The position numbers and the translations under genes are program-made. Shown here piece by piece: positions 38,931-53,701 of a stretch of DNA of 64,000 nt (the first letter of the stretch is position 1; each line of letters starts with the position of its first letter). Source of the stretch: Eledone cirrhosa (taxonomy: Eukaryota); contig OZ024747.1 in NCBI GenBank assembly GCA_964016885.1, positions 49,662,001-49,726,000 of the forward strand, in the 5' to 3' direction. The notes under the pieces are model-generated. The model was not told the origin of the DNA. It made no database searches and saw nothing but the letters and a program-made list of their open reading frames with translations.

Positions 38931-41369
38931 TAAGTGTTTGTTTATTAAGCTGATTAATTAAACATTAAGGAGCAGGCAATGTTTAATCATATTCCTACTT
39001 ACTGCAAGTTTTTGAATTACCCTCTCTATCTATCAAACCACAATATTTCTATTTACTGTTGAGCTAAATGTCAAACTCCTTCACTAGAATGGTAATCAAT
39101 TATATGAGAACTTCTCTCATTTTCAATGACTGTAATTCTACAGATGTGGGCTGGATTTCTTTACACTTGCTTACTTTCTCTTGAGAAGATTATTTCTTTG
39201 AAAAATATACTTCTGACCAATGAGGAATGAGAGTTATTGTCTGTGCTGTGTGTAGTTGTCTGTGTTATATTTGTATGTGTGATGTGTGTGCTATGTTTAT
39301 GTGTCTGTGTGTATATGTGTGTGTATGTAGATGAGTGTGAATGTAGCTGTTTGTATCTGTGCTTGTGTGTGTGTGTATGTAGATGAGTGTGAATGTAGGT
39401 GAATGTGTGAATGTGTGTGTTACATGACTGTTTAGCTGTGTGTATCTGAGCTTGTGTGCATGTGTCTGTGTGTGTATGTATCATCATCATCATCATCATC
39501 ATCATCATAATGTTAAGTTTGCTTTCCTATGTTTGTATGGGTTGAATGTGTCTTTTCCACCTCATATTCCTTTGTTATCTCCCCTGTGAGCTTCACTGGC
39601 TTGTGATCAGCTCTCTCTACCTCTGCCCTCCCTTAGTCTTCCCCTTCTCTGCTTTCTTTTCACATGTGTCTGTCTGTGTTGTGTGAGTGTGTGTGTATGT
39701 GTATGTATATATGTGTATATAGATGTGTATGCTTGTGCATGTGTGTTGTTTTTTTGTTTGTTTGTGTGTGTGTTTGTGTTGTGTGTGTGTATGTGTTTGT
39801 ATGTATGTGTATATAGATGTGTATGCTTGTGCATGTGTGTTGTTTTTTGTTTGTTTGTGCGTGTGTGTGTGTTTGCAGGCTTTTATATGTTCATATGTGA
39901 GTGAGTGTTAGTGAGTATGTGTGTGTGTGTATGTACATGTTTCTGTGGATTTGTGTGTTAGTATAATATGTGTGTGTGTGTGTGTATATGTGTGCTTGTG
40001 TAAGCTGCATGTGTGTGTGTGTATGTGTATGTGAGCTTGTGTAAGCTGCGTGTGTGTGTATGTGTGCTTGTGTAAGCTATGTGTCTTTGTATGTACATGT
40101 TTCTGTGGATTTGTGTGTGTGTATTTGTGTGCTTGTGTAAGCTGTATGTGTGTGTATGTGTATGTGTGCTTGTGTAAGCTATGTATGTATGTACATGTTT
40201 GTATAGTGTGTGTGTGTATATATGTGTGTGTGGTAAAAGAACAAGGTGTTTTACTTATTAAAAAACACCATCTGGTGTAATGTGTGAAGGTAAAAGTTAA
40301 AACAACTTTTAATTAATGGAAAGAGTGAGGGAAAGTAAAAGAGAGAGAGTGATAGAGAGAGCGAGTGAAAGAAAGAGAGAGGGTGAAAGAGAGAGAGTGG
40401 GTGAAAGAAAGAAATATTGTTACTACTATTGGCACAAGGCCAGCAATTACCCAGTACATTACTGGTACTTTATTTTATCGACCCCGTAAGGATGAAAGGC
40501 AAAGTTAACCTCGGCGGGATTTGAACTCAGAATGGCAAGGGCCGTAACTCTATGCGTCAAAGCATGGCGTCCGACCCTCTACTGATACTGCTGACAAATA
40601 GACAGACTCAAATATTACATCAAATTTGATAAGTTGTATTTAGTGGAATGACACTAAAAATCCTTTCTTAATGAATAAGTAACAATCTCTCTCTCATTCT
40701 GTCTCACTCTCTGACTCTCTCCCTCTCTCTCTGTCTCTCTTTCCCTCTGTATATCTCTTTCTCTCTGTCTCTCTCTCTCTGTCTCACTCACTCTCCTTGT
40801 GTCTCCCCCTCTCTCTCTTTCAAACTCTCTGTCTCCCTCACTCTCTCTGTCTCACTCACTCTCTTTGTCTCTCTCTCACTCTCTCTCTGTCTCATACACT
40901 CTCTCTGTCTTCCTCAGTCCCTCTGTCTCTCTCACTCTCTCGATGTATCCCTCATTCTCTCTCTCTCTCTCTGTCTCTCTCACTCTCTCTGTCTCTGTCT
41001 CCCTCACTCTCTCTGTCTCCTCACTCTCTCTCTCACTGTCTCCCTCACTCTCTCTGCCTCCTCACTCTCTCTCCTTCACTCTCTCTCTCTCTGTCTCCTT
41101 CACCCTCTCTATCTGCTATTAGATTACTGCGGCATGACATTTAATCTCTTCTAATCTTTGGACTAATCTGTCTAATTGGCAGAGTCATTAGAGTGGTTCG
41201 TTAAATACATTGAAATATACACTTGTTCTGCTTCTCTGCCCTCTCTCAGTTCAAATCCTGCCAATGACAACCTTTAACCTTCCATTACAGTTTTGGATTG
41301 CAGGGGCTGGGGGGACTTCAGTATATATACTGTACACACATGTATTATTATTATTATTTATAGCATACA

Positions 41370-41943
41370 GGGCGGTGGATTGGCAGTATCGGTAGAGGGT
41401 CGGATGCCATGCTTTGACGTATAGAGTTGCGGCCCTTGCCATTCTGAGTTCAAGTCCCGCCGAGGTTGACTTTGCCTTTCATCCTTGCGGGGTCGATGAA
41501 ATAAAGTACCAGTAATGCACTGGGTAATTGCTGGCCTTGTGCCTAAAGTAGAAACAATTATTTATAGCATACAGCCCTTTATGTTCTGAGTTCAAATCCT
41601 GCCGAAGTTAGCTTTGCCTTTCATCCTTACGGGGTCGATAAAATAAAGCATCAGTAATACACTGGGGTCGATTTAATCGACTTTCTCTTTCCCCAAATTG
41701 CTGGCCTTGTGCCTATAGTAGAAATCATAAATATTATTATTATTATTATCTCAGACGGTGGTGAATTGGCAGTATCGGTGGAGGGTCGGACGCCATACTT
41801 TGCAGCATAGAGTTACGCTCCTTTATGATCTGAGTTCAAATCCCGCCAAGGTTAACTTTGCCTTTCATCCTTACAGGGTCGATAAAATAAAGTACCAGTA
41901 ATATACTGGCCTTGTGCCAACAGTAGAAACAATTATTATTATT
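41370..41943 (+). mobile_element. Tandem cluster of three SINE copies
   Basis: Three head-to-tail B-box plus core units separated by (ATT)n. Confidence 0.9.
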
Positions 41944-42899
41944 ATCTCACGCTTTTTCATCACCAATAGGAGAATAAGAATGAAATTAAAAACAATCTTT
42001 TTCTTCATCCATTTATTCCTAAGAGGGTCGTGGGGGCAGAGTCCTCAAACACTCCTTCCAGTGGGTCCTGTCAGAAGCAACCATCTCCAACTGATCCAGC
42101 TGGATCCCCAAGCAAGACTAACCAAGCTCATGAATGTTATCCAACTATCTTACTCATGGTCTACGCCTGGGTCTCCTGCTGGTTGATTTTGCCCGTAAAA
42201 TCTGTCCAGCAATTCTTTTCTGAGACAATCTAACCACATGCCCATAGTATCGGAGCTGTGATCTCTCAATTTGGAGAAGAAGTGACACTCTTATCTCCGA
42301 CCTACATAATGTTACCCCAAAGACCCTTCGGTGGAACTGTAGCAGAACTACTTCATACCTTGCAATAGCAATATTTCATATGTCATTTGGTTAAACAAAC
42401 CAATCATATTAGATCGCGTATGAATACATTGTCGCCTCCTCATGAAAACCTGCTAGCACATGAGAGAGAGCACCCTGGCCAGCAACATGAGAAGACCTAC
42501 TACAGGATAGCTCCTACTGTAATCTTGTAAGGAAGAACTGAACATTTATCAACGCGACATATTCCACATTTCAGGAATTGTTCTATTACGATATGTTATT
42601 GTGAGATGAGATATTCAACGTTTCCTGTTTTGTTCTATGCAGAACCTGCCTATCTTCAACCTATGGCCAGTAATTGCTTTCATTTCTTATATCCTCCTGT
42701 GTATAGAAATTTGGCTTTCTAACAATAAATATGTGTCTATATCGAATTGAGTGTTAAAAAGGATAATTATTTATCTCATGGATGTCAGAAACCTGTCACA
42801 GCAAGTACAGAAGAAGGACCACACTGACCAAGGTATTTCCTTAAGGCCTCCTCTAGAGGGAATTAAATTATACAATTGTTTGTGATAAACAAGGTCCAT

Positions 42900-43445
42900 A
42901 GATGTTTCAACCTGTAATTATTAAAAGGTATAGGTAGGCATTTGACTCTCTTTTCGTTATAGATGCAATAGTATTTGCATACCTGGTCCTAACTTCCTTA
43001 TCCACCAATGCTTCCTGCTTTATCCCATAGGTCGCCCTGGACCTGCCAGTTTTGTAGGCTTCTTTGGCTTTAGGTAGTCTCAAGTTGCAGCACAGAATCA
43101 AGGAGATCAGAGACAATAATAAAATCAGTTATTGATCTCTGTCCCTGATTCCCCTTATACCATGTATATTTATGAATATCTCTGTACTGGAAGAAGGTGT
43201 TCATAATAGAGTCCATTGCTAGAATAAAGGTCTAGTGAAGCCTTTCCATTTGTTTTTAGATTGGGGTCACCATTCCTTCCAATCACTTCTTTCCATGTCA
43301 GGTGGTCAGTGCCAACTTGTACATTGAAGTTTCCCATCAGGATGTGTGCTCAGTCATAACTACATCTAGTGCTACATTGATTTCCTCAAGGAAGGATCTG
43401 TATTCGGACTCCTTGTTTGGTGTATAAACTTGCATCATACTGACT
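42900..43445 (-). mobile_element. LINE apurinic-like endonuclease remnant
   Basis: Minus-strand MQVYTP and LMGNFNVQVG motifs, with many stops. Confidence 0.6.
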
Positions 43446-43601
43446 CAAGTACTTGGTTTTCAAGTCTTGTACTTATTTAATTGATCTTTTTTGTTTTTAT
43501 CAAACTGGTAAGTTATGGGGCATAAACACAGGCACAAATGTAAATACACACACACATACACACACACACACACATATGTATGTGTGTATATATATATATA
43601 T

Positions 43602-43837
43602 ATTAGAAATTAGAAATTATAAGCTTTCACCGTATTTTAGACTAAAGAAATTTCTAGCCTGATAGTGGGGTTTATAACCCTCGGAGAAATGGAAAAAGAT
43701 GAGTGTTGCCGTACATGCTCTCATGTACGGCAACACTCATCTTTTTTCATTTCTCCGAGGGTTATAAACCCCACTATCAGGCTAGAAATTTCTTTAGTCT
43801 AAAATACGGTGAAAGCTTATAATTTCTAATTTCTAAT
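43602..43837. repeat. Fold-back palindrome, ~116-bp arms, 4-nt loop
   Basis: GTACATG-CTCT-CATGTAC centre; one mismatch seen. Confidence 0.95.
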
Positions 43838-43917
43838 TTTCAAACTCGTGCACCGTTTCAAAAACATACATGTTTACATTTATAATTTGCTTGTATATAT
43901 ATATATATATATATATA

Positions 43918-44611
43918 GGGCCATTCCATCTCAAATCACCGAGAGGATCCCAGGTCACCCCCTCAGGTCACACCCTGTCACATTATCTTCAGAAGTATAA
44001 GAATGCATGGTAAACATTTGAAAGTGATAGTGAACTGCCCACATGGTCAACTAAGGGCATCAAATGGGCATTTTTTGAAATCGCACATATTTAAAAAACC
44101 TATTCTGACACTCCCATAATAGTGATTAACAAGGTTACTGCTCAGAAATGGTCTACTATATGTTAAGTAACAGGAACACAATCATGGTCACTTTATCTAG
44201 TGTACCTATTGAGATAGAAATACTTAAAAGAGGCATACATTTGCTGTACGTTTAATTCTTGGCAATTTTCAGAGGGCTGTAGATGGAAAAATATACAAAA
44301 TACACTTGATTTGATAAGATATTTGAACTCTACAGAAAACGTTAGGCCCAAACACATGATTTCAAAGTTGTGCTTACCTTAGAGGAGAAATGGCTGTCTC
44401 AAGTTGGTCCGAGAGGCTCGTTCGGAAAAAAATGTATAATTAATAAATATTTTAAAGGCCTACAATTTCAAAACTATCAAAGATATTGACCTAATACTTG
44501 ATATTTTTCAATCATATAGGTACAAGAGGTAGTATGAATTTTTCAGCGAGATCTGAGGGGGGTAACCTGGGAAGTTTTTCTGAAACTGGGTGATTTGATA
44601 TGGAATAACCC
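43918..44611. mobile_element. Non-autonomous TIR DNA transposon (MITE)
   Basis: TIRs GGGCCATTCCATCTCAAATCACC / GGTGATTTGATATGGAATAACCC, subterminal CCCAGGTCACCCCCTCAG and its inverse, TATA flanks. Confidence 0.85.
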
Positions 44612-46079
44612 TATATCTATTCTATATATAATATAAAAGAGAGAAGTTTCTTGGTTGGTCGGTTTAATCACACATAAATTACACACACACACATATACGC
44701 ACACACATCTAAAGAGAGAGAAATACAGAGGGAGAGGCAAAGAGAGAGAGAGAGAGAGAGATACACAGAGAGATACAATTAAAGTGTCAGATATTCAGAT
44801 AGAGAGAGAGAGAATGGTAACGAACGCTGTTTTACACACACATATATATAAAGACAGAAACAGAGAGGGAGATCTGCGCGTTCTTGATTGTTTCACAGCC
44901 AGCATCTCTAATGCCAATGAGTGAGTCAGAGGAGGAGAAAGAAAGAGAGGGAGTTGAAGAAACAGACATAGAGACTAAAAGAGAGGAAGAAGTATAGAGG
45001 GTGAGAGAGAATGTGTATGTGACAAAGAGAGAGAGAGAAACACAGAACTGTGTGAGACAACTCTATGCTATTGTACAGGAGAGGTTCATACATATGTCTC
45101 CATTGACAAGATTGAAAAGGATGACAAAGCTGTTAATTGTATATTATTGAGTTTAAACAGCCCATAAACATAATTGGAATTCTATAAGAATCCAGTTCGC
45201 AGCAAAAACAAGTGATATATAGCCTTGATATCCACTAAGCAGTGAGAAACAATTGGCGGTTATTTCCTTTTGTTTTTGCTGAAGCTAGGAATGTGACTTT
45301 ATGTCACTAATTTAAATTCATAGCGAAAGGTCTTCAAAATGTTTTTAAATACATCGCTATTTCAGAACACCAACACAAAATCTATATCTATCTCTATATA
45401 TATATGCTAATATGAGGAATCAAAACATATCAAATATGTTTGATTTGTGTGCTTCTCAATAAAAAAAAAAACTCAATAGACTTTGTTCAGAGCTATAATA
45501 ATTCAAAAGTAAAAGATATATATATATATAGCATGGAAGATAGACGTTAAACGATGATGATGATATATATTTAGAGAGAGAAAGGGTCATATATCAGAGA
45601 GTAAAAGTTATATATACATATAACTTTTACTTTTGAATTATATATATATATGTATCATCATCACCGTTTAATGTCCATTTTTCATGCTGGCATGGGTTAG
45701 ACGAGTTATCCTGTTGTGAGCAAAGGGAAGTCAGGTGACCATGTTATGCTCATAGAGAATCGATTTTAGCTTGGTTTCTACAGCTGGATGCCCTTCCTAA
45801 TGCCAAACTCATTACAGTGATTACAAGGTGCTTTTTATTGTGATGCCTACATGACCACTTGTGTGGTCTGGGCACTTTCTGCTGTGTTGTCATAAAAACC
45901 ACTTTACAGTGTGGGGGCTGGAGGCTTCACTGGATATATACTTCAGCTTGTCCTCATGGGAGATGTATGGGAGTAGGTGGGGTGGTGCATACTATATATG
46001 TTTCAGTCTTGGCTTGTGCTTGTAGGAAGTTGGATTTTCTGTATTACTGAGCAACGCCAGAGATCTCTGTCTTGCGTCA

Positions 46080-46310
46080 TCGACTTTGAAAGATGCAATT
46101 GTGCAAGGTCAGCTTTTATCACGTCATCCCAAGTCTTCCTGGGTCTTCCCACTCCAAGGCTTCATTGACTTTGAGTGCTTTGCACCTTTTTATACAGCTG
46201 CCATCCTTCATACGAATCACATGTCCATACCAATGCAATCTCCTGCACACTGCATTGGATTCCTCTGATGCCTAGTTTCTCTCTCAGTACGTTTATGCTT
46301 TGCCATTCAC
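46080..46310 (-). mobile_element. RTE 3' fragment
   Basis: LHWYGHVIRM, GRPRKTWD. Confidence 0.8.
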
Positions 46311-46380
46311 ATAAGCTTCATTTTTTTCTAATTTACGCAAGTATATATGTATATATATATATATATATACATATATATGT

Positions 46381-46700
46381 GGAGGCACATGGCTTAGTGG
46401 TTAGAGCATTGGCCTTGCAATCGAAAGGTTGTGAGTTCAATTCTCAGACCGGGTGATGTGTTGTTTCCTTGAGCAAGACACTTTATTTCACATTGCTCCA
46501 GTTTACTCAGCTGTAGAAATGAGATGATAGGGACTGGGGTCCCTATCATTCCACTGTAAAGTGGTCGTGGAGGTGCCACGGCAAAAAAGCACCCAGCACT
46601 CCCTGTAAATGAAGGGCATCCAGCTGTAGAAATCAAGCCAGAATCAGTTCCCGTCCCACCCTTGCAAGCAGGGAAAAAGCGGACATAAAATGAAATGATG
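46381..46700 (+). mobile_element. tRNA-derived SINE with RTE-type tail
   Basis: A-box TGGCTTAGTGG, B-box GAGTTCAATTC, CORE-like CCTTGAGCAAGACACTT, RTE tail; inverted near-identical copy at 61160-61498. Confidence 0.88.
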
Positions 46701-46705
46701 AAAAA

Positions 46706-46747
<42 letters not shown>

Positions 46748-48129
46748 AAAGTTTCACATGGATGTTTTTATTGATTATCGATCAGTTACTTATGTTTCAC
46801 AGATGATTGGCTCAAGGTCCATATTCGTGATATAGAGTTGACTCCAGCATCAATCACAGCATAATCTATAACACAAATTTGGACCTTGAGACAATCACCT
46901 GTGTGTGTGTCTGTGTGTGTGTGTGCATGCCTGCATGTGTGAGTGTGTCCATGTCTGTTCACATTTATTATTTGTTTTTCTGTCCTGTAACAAAGCTGTC
47001 AGGACACTGCGTCCTTCAAAACTTCTATGTTTTCCAAAATTTGGCAACATGCATGCATGTGTATGTGTGTGTATCTGAGTGTATATCATGATTCATACAC
47101 TGTTTGCTTTCCTGACATTTGTACATTATTCTATGTACTATACATGCACCTTTGATGAGTTGTAGTGCACCTGAGCACTGTATCGGTAGAGCATCGGACA
47201 ACATGCTTTGCAGCATAAAGTTATGGCCCTTTATGTTTTGAGTTCAAATCCTGCTGGCAGGTTAACTTTGCCTTTCATCCTTACATGGACGATAAAATAA
47301 AGTACCAGTCATACACTGGGGTCGATTGAATCGGCCTTCTCCTCCCGGCAAAATTGTTGGCCTTGTGCTTTTAAAGAAAAAATAAATTAATGAGGTTGAT
47401 TTGATTGACTAAACTCTTCAAGGTGGTGCCCCAGTATAGCCACAGTCTAATGACAGAGAGCACTAAAAAAGTGAAAAGATGCAACGAGACACGATGAAAG
47501 ATTTGAAGGAATTTAATCTAGCAGTGAAGTATATCTCAATAATAACTCTATGTTCTTCATTTCTGAATATTCTACCATAGATACAAGAAACAGAATAAGA
47601 CATTGATGTCTTTCTTCAAAGGAATTAGTGGCAATGGTATAAAGATAGCAGAAACATGGTAAATATTAAATATTTTCAACAGTAGCAGATGATTGGATTA
47701 AAATTTAATATATTTATTGATTTTTGTGGGTTTGGAGTTTGGATGGTTGACAATATTGAACTATCTTGAAATAAGTAAAACATTTAAGAGATTAAGAATT
47801 ATATATGTACACACACACACAGACACACATATACACACATATACATACATGCACACACACACACACACACACACATACATATACACATATAGACACACAT
47901 ACATGCACACAAATACATACACACACACACACACATATACACAAATATGCACACACATCATATACATGCACACACACATTTACACATACACACACATATA
48001 CACACATACACACACAAACATATACATTCACACACGCACATATATGTGTGCATGTATGAGTAATATCTATGTATGTATACACATCATCATCATCATTACA
48101 TCAGCCTTTCCAAGCCAGATGTAGTTCTA

Positions 48130-48965
48130 GACATCAACACATTTCGTTGCAGTTTATGTTACACATATTGCATGCTGCCCATGTCTCACTACCATGCAGC
48201 ATCACGCATTTCACACAGGCATCATATAACTGGTCTTTTGTTTGTAGGGAAAAACCTTTCCTTGTCCACACAGGAAGCAGCTCCCTAAACTTCTTCCAAC
48301 CCGTCCTTATTCTAGATACTATGGCCTTGGAGCACCCTCCTCCCTTGATAATCTGATCTGCTAGGTATCGGAAGCTATCAACCACTTCTATAGAACCCAC
48401 CTGTATTTGAAAAATGTGTCTACCACTGCCACTTCTACTATCAAATTTCTCTGAACAACTACTGCATAGGTAGTTTTCCCTTCCTGTTAGTTTGCCTGCT
48501 ATTCCACTACATCTCTTGTGTACCCAAGATCTGCATTGTGTACATTTTATAGAATTTATGCCAACTCCTTTTCTACATATTGAGCATGGCCATTTCCCTG
48601 AGGGAATCAGAGTTTTGTCCTCTTTCCTACTTATCAACACTTTAGTCTTAGCTAGGTTCACTCTGTCCTCTTGATTCCAACTGCTGTTTCCATAGCCAGA
48701 ATTTATTCTCTAGCTCCTCTACTAATTCTGCTATAAGTACCAGATCGTCAGCATATAGAAGTACACATGGGCAGCCAGTCTTAAACTCCTCTGTTATGGC
48801 TTGGAGAACTATAATGAATAAGAGTGGGTTGAGGACTGAACCCTGATGCACACCTACTTGTATCTGGAATTCCTCACTAAACTCCATTCTTACTCTTACT
48901 TTACTGACAGTTCCTCTGTACATAGCTTGCACTGTTCTCACAAGCCATTCCTCTAGAACTAGTTT
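48130..48965 (-). mobile_element. RTE LINE RT fragment with intact PHD insert
   Basis: GVHQGSVLNPLLF, LLYADDLVL, CSIC..CTQC..HKRC..CSSC, FRYLAD. Confidence 0.92.
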
Positions 48966-49320
48966 CCTTCTCTTAAAGTTACCCATTTCCCGCCCTCCCA
49001 CCCCTGCACACCACCATTGCTATATGGTCCAATCATAACCCAGCGGTTTATAGTAAGTTCTCTTACAGATCTGTATAGCAAAGCTACCACCTCGGTTACT
49101 CCTTAAGTTTAGACCTGGTTGATTTTCAGTTTGCTAGGTGGACTGCAGAATTTGGAAAGTCTGAACACTCAATGACAATGTCACAGATAAAGATAAATTC
49201 ACCTCCTGCTGCAGGATGAGAATGAAAGGACCCCTCTTTATTTCAGACATGGATGACCAACATAATTCCATCTCCCACACCCCTCCCTGCCCCTCCAACC
49301 CATCCATCCCACCCTCCCAA

Positions 49321-52300
49321 CTTCAGAGTTGGTACCATGAATGTAGGCACATTGAAAGGTCGCTCAAATGAGGTTGTAGAGATGCTTGAACGTAAAGAAG
49401 TTGATGTTTGTTGTGTTCAAGAGACTAGGTGAGCCTGCTAGATACATCGTGGGTAAAAAACGATGCTCTAAGCTTTTCTGGGTGGGAAATGACAACGGAC
49501 TGGGTGGAGTAGGAATTATGTTAGCTGAAAATGGGTAGATAAGGTAATTGACTAAATAGAGTGAATGACAGAATAATTAAAATAAGACTAGTTCTAAATA
49601 GAACTACTGGGACAATAATATCCGCTTATGCACCCCAATCTGGTCTACCTGATGTTATAAAGGACAGGTTCTATGAGTCCCTAATGCACACTACCTCCCA
49701 AATAACTGACAGCGACTACTTAATTATTGCTGGCGACCTAAACGGTCACGTTGGACAACATAGTGATGGCTATGATGGAATCCATGGAGGCTATGGGTTT
49801 GGTAATAGAAATGAGGAAGGCTTCAGAATCCTGGAATTCTGTGATGCTAATAACCTAACTATCTGTAACACAAACTTCAAAAAACGAAAAAATCACTTGA
49901 TCACCTACAGATCAGGGGAACACACAAGCCAGGTAGATTATATCCTCACGAGAAGACGTGACAAAGTGTCTGTTGTAAACACTAACCCCCCCCCCCGTGA
50001 AGAATGCACCTCTCAACATAGCCTAGTAGTTAGTGACCTCATAGTCAGGACTAAACGTACTCGACGACAGAGGAAGACTACCTTGAGGAGAAGAATATGG
50101 AAGTTGAAAGACCCCATAGCCAGTGACAAATTTAAAAGCTTATTACTTGATGCCTTTAACAATAAGGAAGAGCAATTAGAGACGTACAATATAGAGGAAC
50201 AGTGGGAATTCCTGAAAGTGAACCTGCTGAAAGCGACGGAGGAAATCTATGGTTGGAGCAGACCTATAGGCAGGAGGAGAGTAAATTGGTGGTGGAACAG
50301 TAAGGTGGAGGAGACAATCACGGCCAAAAAGCAGGCTTGGAAAGTATGGCAGGATGGGGGAAGTCGAGAACACTATCAAGCGGCCAGGAGAGAAGCTAGG
50401 AGACAAGTGTACCTTGCAAAAAGGGAAGCAGAGGTTAGAAAGTTCAAGCATGTACTATGTGAGGACCAAAAACGTGAGGTGTTCAGGATTGCTAGACAAT
50501 GTATCAAGGAAAACTGTGATATTGTTGGGGAGAAGTGTGTCTGTAAGGATAATGGTGTACTTGCCCTCACTGATACTGATAAGAAAGTAGCTTGGAAGTG
50601 TCACTACGAGAGACTATTAAATGAGGAGAATAAATGGGAAAAAGATAGTCTACCCCAAATCAATACAATAGAAGGACCAGCGGTGCAAGTTAAAGGTAGT
50701 ATAATAAGTAAGGCAATCAAATATATGAAGACAGGCAAGGCAGCCCGGCCTTCGCAGATAGTTGCTGAGATGTATGTTGAAGGCATCTGGAATGGTGGGA
50801 CATACTATGGTCACCCGTATAGTAAACCAAGTAATACAGAATGGGGTCATACCAAAAGACTGGTGTAGCAGCATCATCATTAACTGCTAGAAGAGTAAAG
50901 GGGATGCTCTAGATAGGGGAAACTATAGAGGCATTAAGTTAGTTGACCAGGTCATGAAGGTCACAGAAAGAGCTATAACGCAACTAATCAGAGAGCGAAT
51001 TGATCTAGATGAATGCAGTTTGGGTTTGTGTCAGATAAAAGTACTACAGATGCAAGTACCTAGCTAAAAGTAAATCACTCTACTTAGCTTTTGTAGACCT
51101 GGAGAAAACCTTTGACAGAGTCCCCCACTCCATTATCTGGTGGGCTCTTAGAAAACTAGGTGTAGATGAATGGCTTGTGAGAGCTATACAAGCCATGTAT
51201 AAAGAAACAGTCAGTAAGGTGAGATTTAACAATGAATATAGTGAAGAATTTAGTGTAAAAATTTGGTGTTCATGAGGGCTCCGTCCTTAGTCCCCTACTA
51301 TTTATTATTGCCCTTCAGGCTATAACAGAAGAGTTTAAGACCGGCTGCCCATGGGAACTCCTATATGCAGATGATCTCACTCTCATAGCTGAATCTATGG
51401 CTGAACTAGAGAAGAAATTCCAAACATGGAAGCATGGCCTAGAATCAAAAGGCCTTAAAGTTAACTTGTCTAAGACTAAAGTTCTAGTTTGTAGAAAGGA
51501 AAATAGGGTACAGGTGCCCTCTGGGAAATGGCCATGCTCAGTGTGTAGGTAAGGAGTAGGTAGAAATTCCATTTTATGTCCCAAATGCAAACTATGGGTA
51601 TATAAAAGATGTAGTGGGATCACAGGTAAGCTATCTAAGAACATAGACTTTATATGTGGCCGATACTCAGGTGCAATAAGTAGCAAGTGCCCACAGGATA
51701 CTAGCTCCTTCTATTGACCAGATGGTTCTATAGAAATAGTAGACACTTTCCGTTACCTGGGTGACAAAATCAAAGTAGCCAGCGTTAGAACGGGATGGAA
51801 AAAGTTCAGAGAGCTTATACCGCTGTTGGCCACAAAAGGTTTCTCTCTAAGATTGAAAAGCAGATTGTATGATGCTTGTATACGAACAGCAATGCTACAT
51901 GGCAGTGAGACATGGGCATTGTGTGCAGAGGACCTGCGCAGATTGGAAAGGAATGAAGCATGCATGCTCTGTTGGATGAGTAATAGTAATATACGTGACG
52001 GCAAAGCATAAATGAACTAAGTGAGAAATTAGGAATAAGAGGGATCAGATGCTGTTTACTTGAGAGAAGACTATGTTTGTATGGTCATGTGATGCGCATG
52101 AAAGACGACAACTGTATAAAAAAGTGCAGGGCGATCAAAATTGATGGAAGTTATGGAGTAGGTAGACCTAGAAAAACCTGGGACGATTTGATAAATTCCG
52201 ACCTTACACATTTGCACCTCTCTAAGACAATGTCACTGGACCGAGATCTTTGGCACCACGGAGTAATACAGAAGACCCGCCTTGCCTATGTACAAAACGA

Positions 52301-52673
52301 AACCTACAGTCAGTAGGCACCTCTTAACCAAATATACACCCAATCCACTTCCCCCACTCCATCCTCCCACTCCCACCAACACCACCCTCTCTCTGTAAAG
52401 TTGGTACCACAACATCGAGGTCGTGTAGGTATCACAACAAAAAAATGCACAGTCCATGCTGTAATGTGGCCATGTAGGTAACACGGTAAAACGTTCCCAA
52501 TCCACACTGTAAATGAGGTTGGTGTTAGGAAGGGTATCCAACCATAGAAAACATGCCAGATAGTCTTATATGAGCGAGACACAGTCACCCGATCAACCTT
52601 GCCTCAAATTGGGACAACTCTCGTCTAACCCATGCCAGCGTGGATGATGGACGTTAAACGATGATGATGATGA
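49321..52673 (+). mobile_element. Near full-length RTE LINE (APE endonuclease, RT, PHD insert, 3' tail), disrupted
   Basis: VGTMNVGTL..CCVQETR, SAYAPQ, AGDLNGHVG, SQVDYIL, NYRGIKL, FVDLEKTFDRVP, LLYADDL; (GAT)n tail; several stops and frameshifts. Confidence 0.95.
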
Positions 52674-52707
52674 TATATATATATTGTATATATATATATT
52701 GTATATA

Positions 52708-52763
<56 letters not shown>

Positions 52764-52956
52764 ATATATATATATATATATAGTTATAAGAATATTTATA
52801 TTTATATATGTTTAATACAATTATAAATATGGAGGGTAGTACTAAGTACTAGCTGGTTACTGGTATGACAACAGGCTCAATGCGAATTATCAAGTGTTTT
52901 ACAGAGCCGAGATACAAAGTGTTGAAACGATCGAATTTTAGTTTAGAACATTTATT

Positions 52957-53003
52957 TGCTGACAATTGTTTCTTCCAGAGAGAAGTCTGGAATCATCGGA
53001 GCA
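52957..53003 (-). ncRNA. Minimal type I hammerhead ribozyme (CCGAUGA core) at a Penelope 3' end
   Basis: TGCT CCGATGA TTCCAGA-CTTCTC-TCTGGAA GAAAC AATT GTC AGCA; adjacent 53260-53280 resembles the Penelope 3' region near 21400. Confidence 0.75.
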
Positions 53004-53701
53004 TAGGGAATGTCAAAACATGTGACTAAAACCCTAGTCATTCAGAACATTTAGGATACATAATTGTTGTTAGTGTCTTAGACATCATATGGAGAGTCAG
53101 GAGTTAAAAAGATGTTATGCTTGAGATATACTATATTATGCATTTTTATCTACAAATTATCTTTTCTAGGGTTTGTATTAACCGTTAAGTTGTTGGTAAA
53201 CCGTTAGGTTGCTTAATTTTATGAATTTACACAGGAAGTTGTAAAGGGGGTTAATAACAAAGGGAGGTAATTAAGGTTATTGACAAATTGAGGGTTGTTT
53301 TATTATTGTAGTAGTGTTATAAATTAATCTTTATAGAGTATATAAAATATTATTATTGGGTGGATTGGCAGTATCGGTAGAGAGTCGGACACCATGCTTT
53401 GAAGCAGAGTTACGTCCCTTTATGATCTAAGTTCAAATCCCGCCGAGGTTAACTTTGCCTTTCATTCTTACGCGGTCTATAAAATAAAGAACCAGTCATG
53501 TACTGGGTAATTGCTGGCCTTGTGCCTAAAATAGAAACAATTATTGGTTATTAATTATATAATTGTTATCTTTTCAACTTGTGTGGGGGGAGTTAAAAAC
53601 ATTTTTTAATTATTTTATTATAACTAGATACTTTTTACATAGTATATGTATAACTAATATAAGATATATATATATGTGTGTGAGAATGTATATATATCTA
53701 T

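Noticed and set aside
45499-45641. Short inverted repeat ATAATTCAAAAGTAAAAG
   Set aside because: Real but only ~18 bp next to TA tracts; probably a small instance of the same snap-back process, with no independent evidence of an element.
46381-46455. tRNA gene
   Set aside because: A/B boxes belong to a SINE head continuing into core and tail; no complete cloverleaf.
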